Below are positions 53,542 through 64,000 of a stretch of 64,000 nt of DNA, piece by piece. Position 1 is the first letter of the stretch, and each line of letters starts with the position of its first letter. The notes beneath the pieces were generated by a model. It was given only the letters and a program-made list of their open reading frames with translations, ran no database searches and had not been told where the DNA came from. The DNA is from Podarcis muralis (taxonomy: Eukaryota), in the NCBI RefSeq assembly GCF_964188315.1, contig NC_135655.1, positions 29,264,001 through 29,328,000 of the forward strand, read 5' to 3'. Position numbers and translations under genes: made by a program.

Positions 53542-54938
53542 AAAAGCAACATAAATTGATCTTTAAGCTTGTTTCAAAGCCTCTGTGTCACTTTATGTTG
53601 ATACATTGCTTTCTTTTGTGATCCTCTTACCTTCATCCGCTGTCAATAAACTCATTTTTTTAAAAAAAAAAAAGTACAGAGGGGAAAGAAGGACTGGTGT
53701 TGCAAAAGCCTGTAGTTATTCTTTGATATGGCATATGCAAGCTCCTAATGCCAATCTCATAATATAAGTACCCGTCTCTTTGCAAAACTTTTCTCCAGCT
53801 CAGATTGCTAAACAAGATTCTAAGCATGAAGGCAGCATCCGGCAGACCAGGCACCCCAAAGCCAACTGATGCTCAATAGAGCTTGCACATGGTCCCATCA
53901 GAGTGCATGCGCTAACATTATGTGCCGGGAAAGATTTAAATGGACAACAGATAAGCTTTTCATGAATGCTTCCCCAGCCAGTTTTAAATTGAGCTGAATC
54001 AAATCACCCATCGCTGGTTGCGAAACAGACTCAAATTCTGCACCTTGCTTTCGAGAAATTAGCCATGATTATGCCTCCTTCGGTCCCATTGATATTAATG
54101 GGTATTAATTGCACACAACGACTTTGGACAGTGGCCAAAATGTTTTAATGGGGGCTGGCTTGGCAGGGTGGGTCGGAGGGAGAGAGAGGGGTAACATCCA
54201 GGTCTGCCTCAGCAAGATTCATTACAACTCTGCTTTTGATGCTGCAGGTGCACTTTTGTGTTTTCCCTTAAATGCAGGATCACCATCACAGGCACAATTA
54301 TTTGCCATCGTAATTGTCCCTTTTAATCCTCCATCTGCTGGGACTGTGCGCAATCTGGTAACTAGGTACTGTTGCAGATGCTAAGAATGGTCTGTGCAGC
54401 ATAGCCCCTCACATCTAATTACAGAGGGTTTTTCTTTTTTCCTTTTTAAAAGTCATTTAGCTAAGGAAATGATGTCGGCAAACTTGTATAGAACGGGAAG
54501 CTATTTGATTTCTAGCTCTGCATGCTGGCAACTGAAGCATTAGGGTACGGAAAATGGGGGTGCAAGGAAGCCCCAACACGAGGTCCCACTTCCCAGCAGA
54601 GTCTCTGATGAGACTCTCGGCTCACACACTATGGTTTCCAGGCAAATTTCCATTTGGTGTGCAAAGAGCTGAAACTTTTAGATTAATCCCAGATCTGTCA
54701 GCCTCCATCATTTTCAAGCAAGGCTGCAAGCTCCAGGCGAGTCAGTTTCTTTCTCCAGTGCTGAACAGCCAAAAGCCTCTCATTCTCTCTGTGAGTGGAC
54801 AGCTCTGTTCCTTCCCCTCCGTGCTCCTGAGATGACCCCAGAGCTTTCATTGGCTCAGTCCTGACCATGATTCTTAAGAGAAGGAAGCCAGACGTGTGTG
54901 CATTATCACCCTGTTGGTTTCATTTTGGTCTCCTCCAG

Positions 54939-54965
54939 CAAGCTCAGTTCAGTTAACAATCCCTG
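54939..54965 (+). other. Candidate 27-bp microexon
   Basis: gtttcattttggtctcctccag acceptor and CTG|GTACGT donor. Frame-preserving. Lies in a repeat-poor block. Confidence 0.2.
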
Positions 54966-55205
54966 GTACGTACTCTCCGTCCTTCGGAGAGATGCACCAT
55001 CTACTCAAACAGCAAAGCTCACTCTTTGCCTCTGTGATACTCTCCAAATTCTCACCAATAGAAAATGAGGCATGTCACAAGGGGGAACTCCTTTGAAAAC
55101 GAATAGTGACTTCTACATTCCTTCTGTAAAGTGGGCGATGTGTGTACTTAATAATTCTTTGTTACCAAGCCTGCACTAACGCGTGTGTGAACAAAGGTCA
55201 CCATG

Positions 55206-55460
55206 GAAGAAGAAGAAGAAGAGTTTGGATTTGATACCCCGCCTTTCACTCCCTTTAAGGAGTCTCAAAGTGGCTAACAATCTCCTTTCACTTCCTCCCC
55301 CACAACAAACACTCTGTGAGGTGAGTGGGGCTGAGAGACTTCAGAGAAGTGTGACTGGCCCAAGGTCATCCAGCAGCTGCATGTGGAGGAGCGGAGACGC
55401 AAACCCGGTTCCCCAGATTATGAGACCACCGCTCTTAACCACTACACCACACTGGCTCCC
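55206..55460 (-). mobile_element. tRNA-derived SINE with a (TTC)n tail
   Basis: Minus-strand head ggagccagtgtggtgtagtggttaag (A-box-like). Confidence 0.8.
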
Positions 55461-55663
55461 TGGAAGCATTTTGTTTCAAGATTCTGGGCTCAGAATTGTA
55501 GTGTGCCATGGGGATGCTGCATGTTACTTTCATTACTGGGGGGGGGGCGTATTTTGAAGGGCCAAAACAGCACCAGAGAATAAGATAGCTCTGGGGACTC
55601 TAGAAGAGGAAAATGATAAGCTGGGGGAATGCATAGGCATAGACTTCCTTGATTCCACTCTGG

Positions 55664-56115
55664 CAGAATCATAGAATCATAGAGTTGGAAGAGACCAAAA
55701 GGGCCATCGAGTCCAACCCCCTGCCAAGCAGGAAACACCATCAGAGCACTCCTGACATATGGTTGTCAAGCCTCTGCTTAAAGACCTCCAAAGAAGGAGA
55801 CTCCACCACACTCCTTGGCAGCAAATTCCACTGTCGAACAGCTCTTACTGTCAGGAAGTTCTTCCTAATGTTTAGGTGGAATCTTCTTTCTTGTAGTTTG
55901 GATCCATTGCTCCGTGTCCACTTCTCTGGAGCAGCAGAAAACAACCTTTCTCCCTCCTCTATATGACATCCTTTTATATATTTGAACATGGCTATCATAT
56001 CACCCCTTAACCTCCTCTTCTCCAGGCTAAACATGCCCAGCTCCCTTAGCCGTTCCTCATAAGGCATCGTTTCCAGGCCTTTGACCATTTTGGTTGCCCT
56101 CCTCTGGACACATTC
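55664..56115 (-). mobile_element. Young CR1 3' fragment
   Basis: Open frame [39 protein letters not shown]... and an (ATTCTATG)n-type tail. Confidence 0.95.
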
Positions 56116-58268
56116 CAGAATCAACAGCTTATGCTCTATCTATAGAAATAGATGGAGTCAGGGGGAACTAGCTTTGCATTAGAAGGAACAGAGAAGGGCC
56201 GCCCCAGATCCGGCAAGAGAGTTATCCTTGTTGTCCCTCTTGTTGCAACAGGATTTTGGTAACTGACTGCTTCTAATGAAAGGGCTGGTGCTGCACTGTT
56301 TTTGTGGTAGTTATCTGTATGCTTTTAATAGATCCTATATAGAGATAGTTTTAATTCTATTAATGTTTAACTGTCTATAAATGATTTTTCCCCCCCCAAT
56401 GTTTTTAGTTGTTCTCATTTCTTTCTGTAAGCCACCTTGAGTCCCTGTCAGGGGAAAGGGCAGGGGCTTCATCATCATCATCATCATCATAGGAGGAGGA
56501 AGAAGAAGTTGTTAAACAGCAAAGAATATATAGTTTTAATTCTATCAATGTTTAATTATATTTTAATTATTTTCCTCCCCCCCCCCATGCTTTTAGTTGT
56601 TCTCATTTTTATCTGCAAGCCGCCTTGAGTCTCTGTTGGGGAGGAAAGGCGGAGTATAAATAAATATATAACAATAGTTAAACTTCCCCCCTGACTCAAA
56701 CTAGCTCAGAGGATGGAGAAGGAGAGAGAATCTGCCTCCAGCAGAGGAGGCTGAGGGAGGAGGAAGCAGCTTCTTAGGTAAGGAAAGCTTGTGCGACTCC
56801 ATGCCAGTGCAACTCACATCTTAAAAGTCTGTGTGCTTGTTTAGATTTTTGGCAATGCATGTGTAGGTGTAATCAATACATGAATTGGAAAACCCATGTC
56901 ACATGGTATGGCTTAATTTCTAAATAAGAGAAATGGAGTCAATCTTGCCTGAAAATCAAAGTTGGGCCCTCTTGCATGGAACTTCTTTCTTTGTCCATAG
57001 ATGTGCATAGAATGATGGAGGGTGTTTTTCTTTAAAGTGAGGTGAAAGTGGCACTCTGCGCATGAGTACTGACACACTTTCCTCAATAAGTGCTGTGCAA
57101 GTCCTATTGTGATGAAAACAGCAAAGTTAAAAATTGCAGCCTTACCAAGTCAACATGTTACCAGGCGCCACTTATTGTGACATTTCTTACTTCATTCTAA
57201 TTCAAAAGCTATGGTTCAAATTTAAACAGTCATCCATAGTGGGCGGGGGCACACAATATATGGTTTGTACCGGGTGCAGCAATGGTTAGTTACAGCACTG
57301 GTTCTGCACACTTCTCTTTTAGGAAATATGCATTAGGATTTAGGTTTCCTGCGCTTGAGCTCATGGACCACATTGCTCTTCATAGCTTCTTCATGAATCA
57401 GATCTTTTTCAGCTGGTTTTATTTATAGTTCACCTCAGTGATGTATTTATAGTGTGGGGAAAGGCCAGGATGGTTTTCACACTAATAACCAGGTGCCCAT
57501 GGATGCTTAAGATCTGATGATCATGTATCAGAATCAGAGTACCCATCCTTCTAGTACCATCTCCCTGCCACAAGGAAGGAACAGCCACACAGAATTCAGA
57601 GTTTTCACATAATTTCTCAGCCACCTCAAAACAGTTAACACTCTCAATAGTGTCAAGCAAAGCTGACATGTGTACACCAAGTAAAAAGCATCTGTAATGA
57701 AAAATACAGTATATTTAGTTAACGGTGTGAAAAAAAGCCCACAAAGATGTCTTCCTTTTATGAAGAAGAGCTTTAAAAGAGTCATCACAAGCAGTCAAAT
57801 CCGAATTAGGGACAAATCGCATCATTCTACCTACACTGTACTTAAGGTAGCTGTGCTGGACTGATCACACCTTAAGTATTACAAAGGAGTAGTGTCACTA
57901 CTGTACATTTCATGAAATTTATGTGAAAAACCATCAACTCAGAAACAACCTCAACCTAGGAAGAACAGTAAGGAAGAGGGCCCTTTTCAAGCAGAGTTGA
58001 GAGGAGTTGTGGCATCAAGGAAGCCGTAGATTAGAATTGCTTAAAGTTGATCTGGAATGCTCCCCCGTAATTTCACTACCCATTTTGCAGTCAGCTAAGC
58101 TGGGTCACCGGGGGTATGTTTGGGAATGAAACACTTACCAGTGACACGCTTCCCAGTGGCTGATGGCAACACCCAAACATCCCCTCAGCAAGACGCTATG
58201 TGATAGCATAGTATCATGGGGAGGGAATTCCTTGGTGGGAAATGGCAGCCACCATAATTTTCCCGTGG

Positions 58269-58909
58269 TGTGCTGGTCCCATGGGTTACCCGAGAGGCGA
58301 AGGTCCAAGTCCAGTCCGTGGTCAAAGGTGCAACGAGGAGGCAGTCCATAGTAGCTGAAGCTGGGTGCAGGGCAGGGAGTCAGGTGAAGTCAGGAACAGG
58401 CACGCAAGCAGGGAGCCAGGGCGGGTCAGGAGCTCAGGCAGGACAGGGTTCAGGCAGGAACTAGCAACCAACAATGTTGCTCCCGGAACTTGGGGCTGGG
58501 GCTAGCTGGCTTTTATCTGCCCCGAGGCATAGGGCGGCCCCGATCCTCTGGTGACTCACCTCTCCTGGCCTGGAGGCAAGCACTCCTCCTGCTGCGGGAA
58601 CTTAGTTCCCTCCGCCTCTCTGCCCTGAGCCTCTGCAGCTCAGGAGAGGCTGGAGGGTTACCGGACCCAGAGGCAACCTCAGCTTCCTCTGACGGGGCTG
58701 AGAGTAGAGCACCTGCAGGCAATGGGTCCTCCATCACCTCAGGAGCCAGAGCAGACTCAGCTGATGCCTGCACCTGAGGATCCAGCACAGGTGAGGACCC
58801 TTCAGGCTCATGCCCCAGCCCTGGCTCAGCTGGCTCTGGAGGCAGGGAATCCTGTGCAGGCTGGGATCCCTCAGGTTCAGCATCCAAGTCCGAATCCCAG
58901 GACATCACA
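58269..58909 (-). mobile_element. Solo LTR (641 bp, probably Gypsy-like)
   Basis: TGTG...CACA ends. 5-bp TSD cgtgg/catgg (one CpG-type transition). Minus-strand GATAAAAG TATA-like box near 58510-58517. Superfamily is inferred. Confidence 0.75.
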
Positions 58910-59978
58910 CATGGTAATTTTTGAAGGCAGTCATCCAAGACATAAAAAAGAGGGTAGTCTGCAACTCCTCTCCCCAAAGCATATCTTGGTAGTCCTCTTG
59001 TCTAAAAGAATCACCAGGATCACTGCTGCAAGAAATCCCCACCCTCCATTGGGCTATGTTATAGGGCTGATACTGTAGGCGGGAGAATGGGGTGTTATTT
59101 TAATCATCAATATTGTATTCATAGCTGAACAAAATATAGGGCAAATGTTCCTGCCCTGCTGAACTCACATTCAAAATCATTAGCAATCATCACACACTCC
59201 CAGAGTTCTAATGCAACATGCAGGTGACGGCGAGGGGGTTGTTCCCTCCTTTTGCTGAATGAAGTCTGCCATCACATTGGTCATGTAGAACCTCTGCCCA
59301 TCTGAAAAGGCTGGTGCAGCCTGCAAAACGATGGGTCCACCAGTCTCATGTTCAGCCTCGTCTTATTTTATCAACGTGACTACATCTGTAGAAGTCCATC
59401 CCAGGCTAATGTGCGAGGACAGCCACACAGTATGGCACAGAATGATGCTGCAGGCAATAAGGGAGGTCAGTGTTGTAGTGGGAAATTTTGAAATTAAGAC
59501 GCCCCATAGCCACACCCCAAGGAGAGTCCAAAGTGTTTATCCATGGTTGATGGTGGGTAGGTAGGTTGGTAGATAAGTAGATAGACAGATACTGTAGACT
59601 GATAATCAGATGCGGAGACCAACAGACACAAACACACAAAAGAACAGCAGTAGGTATCATAATACCCAATTAATGAGTACCACAATGACTGCAATCCTAT
59701 GTCCTGGGAGTAAGCATCATTGAATTCATTGGTGCTTACTGCTGAGTGCTTGTAAAGTACATTGGGCATTCATATCCATGCCTCTGCATATTTCTTTGCA
59801 GCAAAATGGCTAATTTCTAAACAGATGTGCCATAGAATCATATGTGGGGAGGGAGAGCTGCCCATCTGGTAGCCCCATTTGCTACAACCTTCTTTTGCAT
59901 GCCTTTCTCCATGCTTTCCCCAGCCCAGGCACTGAGCTACTTGGTCTTTGCATCCCCCTTGAAAAGCAGGAGAGTTCC

Positions 59979-61115
59979 AGGAAAATTGGCTTTCAGGTGG
60001 AAAAATCAAAATTAGAGACTGAATTGCTAGATCCCAACACTAAGAATTTGTCAAGAATGTATAACTTGTTGCTGAAATGGAATACACAAGATGAAACAGT
60101 TAAATCAGCTATGATTAAGTGGGCACAGGACATTGGTCATAACATTATGTTTGCTGACTGGGAGTGGTTGTGGAACACCGGTATTAAATTCACGGCATGT
60201 AATGCCTTAAAGGAAAACATTATGAAAATGACTTACAGGTGGTACATGACCCCAGTCAAGTTAGCAAAAATCTACCATTTGCCTGACAATAAGTGTTGGA
60301 AATGTAAAGAGACTGAAGGTACTTTCTATCACCTTTGGTGGACATGCCCGAAGATTAAGGCTTTCTGGGAAATGATTTATAATGAAATGAAAAAGGTACT
60401 TAAATGTACTTTTCTTAAAAAACCAGAGGCCTTCCTCTTAGGCATCGTCGGCCAATTGGTGTTAAAGAGGGATAGAACTTTCTTTATGTATGCTACAACA
60501 GCAGCAAGAATACTCATCGCAAAGTATTGGAAGACACAAGATCTACCCACTCTGGAAGAATGGCAGATGAAAGTGATGGACTATATCAGTGTTTCCCAAC
60601 CTTGTGCCTCCAGCTGTTTTTGGCCTACAATTCCCATCATCCCTTGCCACTGGTCTTGCTAGTCAGGGATGATGGGAGTTGTAGTTCAAAAACAGCTGGA
60701 GGCACAAGGTTGGGAAACACTGGACTATATGACATTGGCTGAGATGACTGGCAGAATCCGTGATCAGGGAAAAGAGACGGCGGAAGAAGAATGGAGAAAA
60801 TTTAAAAGCTACCTTAAGGACTACTATAAACTTAATGAATGTTAGTATGTCGAGGTTTTTAGGGAAAAAAAGGGATACAGTGATATAAGATTAGATTATA
60901 GAAGAGATTAAGATGACAGAGGTTGGAAAGGAATATTTAGAAGTTGTTAAAAAATCATGGGCATTGGGATGCAGAAAGGGGGGGTATGGGGGAGTCACGG
61001 AAAAGAGGTTCATGAAAAAATGTTATGAAACTATACGTGTTTGTATGTCTTTTTAAGTGTTTGTTTGTCTTTAAAAATTGTTGTAAAACCAATAAAAATT
61101 TTATAAAAAAAAAAA
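59979..61115 (+). mobile_element. 5'-truncated L1-clade LINE (ORF2 C-terminus, 3' UTR, poly-A)
   Basis: CWKCKETEGTFYHLWWTC zinc knuckle. Poly-A at about 61105-61115. 18-bp TSD gaaaagcaggagagttcc at 59961-59978 and 61116-61133. Confidence 0.95.
60587..60722. mobile_element. 136-bp hAT MITE inserted in L1 ORF2
   Basis: TIR cagtgtttcccaaccttgtgcctccagctgttttt. Perfect TSD gactatat. Confidence 0.95.
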
Positions 61116-61885
61116 GAAAAGCAGGAGAGTTCCTTAAGTTGCCACTTTCACTGCTTAAGCAATTTTCCTTTCTATAAATACCTTCTCCTCTTCCTCTTCC
61201 TCGTGCATGTAACGGGCCGAGAGACTCTTGTATGGAGCCCCACAAAAAGAATTTAACCCTTCTCCATGCAGCCAAGAAATCCCATTATCCTGACTCCTTT
61301 CCTGAATACCTTCCGAAAGGCAGCTGAATCAATGTTTGACTTGTACGAGCAGCCGCCCGACTGCTATTTGGAAGGGATTCAGACAGGGATTACAGCAAGG
61401 CAGTGGATAAAAATCTATTACATGGTGGTATTTATTTTAGATCCCCAGGCACTTGAAGTGAACTCCAGCAACGCACTTCGTCATCATTTAGTGAAACACT
61501 TAATGCGCAGGGGTCAAGGAACCTCATTCTGGAGGAAGAAGAAAGGGAGGTGGAGGCCAGGAGTTTTTGCAGCTACAATCCCAGGGCTTAAGAGTGCCAA
61601 GGCAGAACTCTTTAAGGCGAGGCAAGCACCATTTATTTACGGTACTAAGTTGGCTTTGTGTAAGACAGAAGTCACCAATATCTCCTACGGCATCAATGGA
61701 AGGTCTTGGTAAATATCCCCTCAGAAAGCCACAATACTCATGACTGTATACTCTTGCTGCTCAGTCGCTTTTTGCATCCGCTCAGCCTCTCCTACATTGA
61801 AGACAACCCTTTAAACAAGCTCATATTTATTGACTGTCAACAGAGAACACCCTCCTTCCCTTCTGTTCTGGGCAGAGGAGAGTTG

Positions 61886-62551
61886 CAAAGAGCTTTTCTT
61901 GAGACCGACCCAGAAACTCCAGCGGGTGCAAAATGCCGCGGCAAGACTCCTTATGGGGTCCTCACTGCGGAATCACATTCACCCAGTGCTATACCAGCTG
62001 CACTGGCTCCCGGTGGAGTACAGGATCAGGTTCAAGGTGCTGGTTTTAACCTTTAAAGCCCTATACGGCCTAGGACCCTCGTGCCTACAGGACCGCCTCT
62101 CCAGGTATGTCCCACGGAGGACCTTACGGTCTTCAAATAGAAACATCTTGGAGGTCCAGGGCCACAGGGAGGTTAGACTGGCCTCAACCAGAGCCAGGGC
62201 TTTTTCAGCCATGGTCCCGATCTGGTGGAACGCTCTGTCACAAGAGACTAGGGCCCTGCGGGACTTGACATCTTTCCGCAGGGCCTGGAAGACAGAGCTG
62301 CTCCACCAGGCCTTTGGCCAAGGCACAGTCTGACCTCCCTCCTTCGGTAATCCACATAGAACTCTAGCCCAATGGTTGCCATTAATTTGATTTTGAATTG
62401 GTTTTAGAATGAATTGATTTTAGAATACATTTCAATTAATTGATTGTGATTTTATATAAAGTGTGTTACTTTTATTGTTGTTAGCCGCTCTGAGCCCAGC
62501 TTCGGCTGTGGAGGGCGGGCGGGATATAAATAAAATTTTATTATTATTATT
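61886..62551 (+). mobile_element. L2 LINE 3' fragment
   Basis: QKLQRVQNAAARLLMG...LHWLPVEYRIRFKVLVLTFKALYGLGP...AFSAMVPIWWNAL. (TTA)n tail. Confidence 0.95.
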
Positions 62552-63297
62552 AGTGTGGTGTCCTTTTGTCATTGATTGGGGGGGGGGGGGATACCTGCAC
62601 TATTTTGTATTCCTTTCTCTTTTCCTGCTTTTTTAGATGGGGTAAGATATTCTGCCACACAGCCCACAGTCCACACAGCCCATATCAGCCATTTTGTTGC
62701 CTAGTGCTCCCCCCCCCCCACTGCAAAACAAACCAGCAAACAACACTTTATGTAGGGGAGGGAGCAAGTCTAAGAAAGCAAAGGTCTCATCCCAAATGGC
62801 TGCCAACTCTTGAAATCAAAAGACAATGAACGTTGCATGAGGACAGAGCTTAAAGTTCTGTTAATGATGGACAAAAATAAAGGGGAATCAAAATGGTTAA
62901 GCGCTGGAAGTTAAATGGAGTAATTGTTGCAGAGTACAGATAAATTAGGAGGAAATGGGAGCACTGCTGGGTTGTTGATTTTAAAGTAAAGTACTTGAAA
63001 TATCAACCTCTTCTCTGCTAAGGCAAACTCATGTCAACTTTTTTATCATAGGCATTTGATAGCCTTAAAATGAAGCAAAGTTTATCTTGGAGATGCACTT
63101 CCCTGTGAGCAGACAATTTTTACAGGTGGCAGGAATGAGCAAAAAGCACAACTATATTGGAAAGAAATTGTGGAAGTTATTTTGAAAAATAAAACTTACC
63201 AGATATGTGATAACCGTACACACCACTAAGATGGCTTTTTGGCTTTTGCTTATTTATTTTTTCATATACACATCTCAAGGCAAAATTAAAGATGCAC

Positions 63298-63859
63298 TGT
63301 TGTTGTTGTTGTTGTTTAGTCATTTAGTCGTGTCCGACTCTTCGTGACCCCATGGACCAGAGCACGCCAGGCACTCCTGTCTTCCACTACCTCCCGCAGT
63401 TTGGTCAAACTCATGCTGGTAACCTCGAAAACACTATCCAACCATCTTGTCCTCTGTCTCCCCCTTCTCCTTGTGCCCTCCATCTTTCCCAGCATCAGTG
63501 TCTTCTCCAGGGAGTCTTCTCTTCTCATGAGGTGGCCAAAGTATTAGAGCCTCAGCTTCACGATCTGTCCTTCCAGTGAGCACTCAGGGCTGATTTCCTT
63601 AAGAATGGATGCGTTTGATCTTCTTGCAGTCCATGGGACTCTCAAGAGTCTTTTCCAGCACCATAATTCAAAAGCATCAATTCTTCGGCGATCAGCCTTC
63701 TTTATGGTCCTGCTCTCACTTCCATACATCACTACTGGGAAAACCATGGCTTTAACTATACGGACCTTTGTTGGCAAGGTGACGTCTCTACTTCTCAAGA
63801 TGCTGTCTAGGCCTGTCATTGCCCTTCTCCCAAGAAGCAGGCGTCTTTTAATTTCGTGA
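63298..63859 (-). mobile_element. Bov-B (RTE) LINE 3' fragment
   Basis: LDSILRSRDVTLPTKVRIVKAMVFPVVMYGSE...RRIDAFELWCW...GRQRTRWLD. One in-frame stop. (CAA)n tail. Confidence 0.95.
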
Positions 63860-64000
63860 GAATTGCTTTTAAAAAAAAGTCCCAGTTTAAAACAATACAG
63901 AACACAAAATGGAACAAAAATGTCTTTTATTATTTCTTGAAAGTGCAGATAGTTGGGATATTAGGGACACACTCAAGAAACAGTCCCTAAGGACAAACAA

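Noticed and set aside
59844-60662. 272-aa ORF as a host gene
   Set aside because: It is flank plus L1 ORF2 plus MITE read in one frame.
1-64000. CRISPR arrays, rRNA, and intact tRNA genes
   Set aside because: None seen. tRNA-like sequences are SINE heads or the LTR fragment and lack a full cloverleaf.

Overview
Vertebrate genomic DNA, most likely from a lacertid lizard. This is an inference from Sauria/POM-type SINEs, Bov-B, CR1, L2 and L1 fragments, and hAT and Tigger-like MITEs. The window is repeat-dense and looks intronic or intergenic. I cannot name a host protein-coding gene; I found only a few weak candidate exons and one candidate promoter. There is a 149-N gap at 23269-23417. The standout is a 3.26-kb Ty1/Copia-derived LTR element on the minus strand (13488-16748), nested in an old L2 with a 5-bp TSD. 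Its two 414-bp LTRs read as identical, yet gag, protease and integrase are broken and RT/RNase H is almost entirely deleted, which suggests recent mobilisation in trans. It has a copia-type half-tRNA(iMet) PBS. Each LTR also carries a degenerate sense copy of the 5' half of initiator tRNA-Met, the very RNA used as primer, next to a perfect hairpin with AATAAA in its loop. Other items include two solo LTRs (one with a 130-codon ORF), a MYB-site-rich promoter-like patch, an array of CpG-decayed TCTCGCGAGA palindromes, and several nested insertions.
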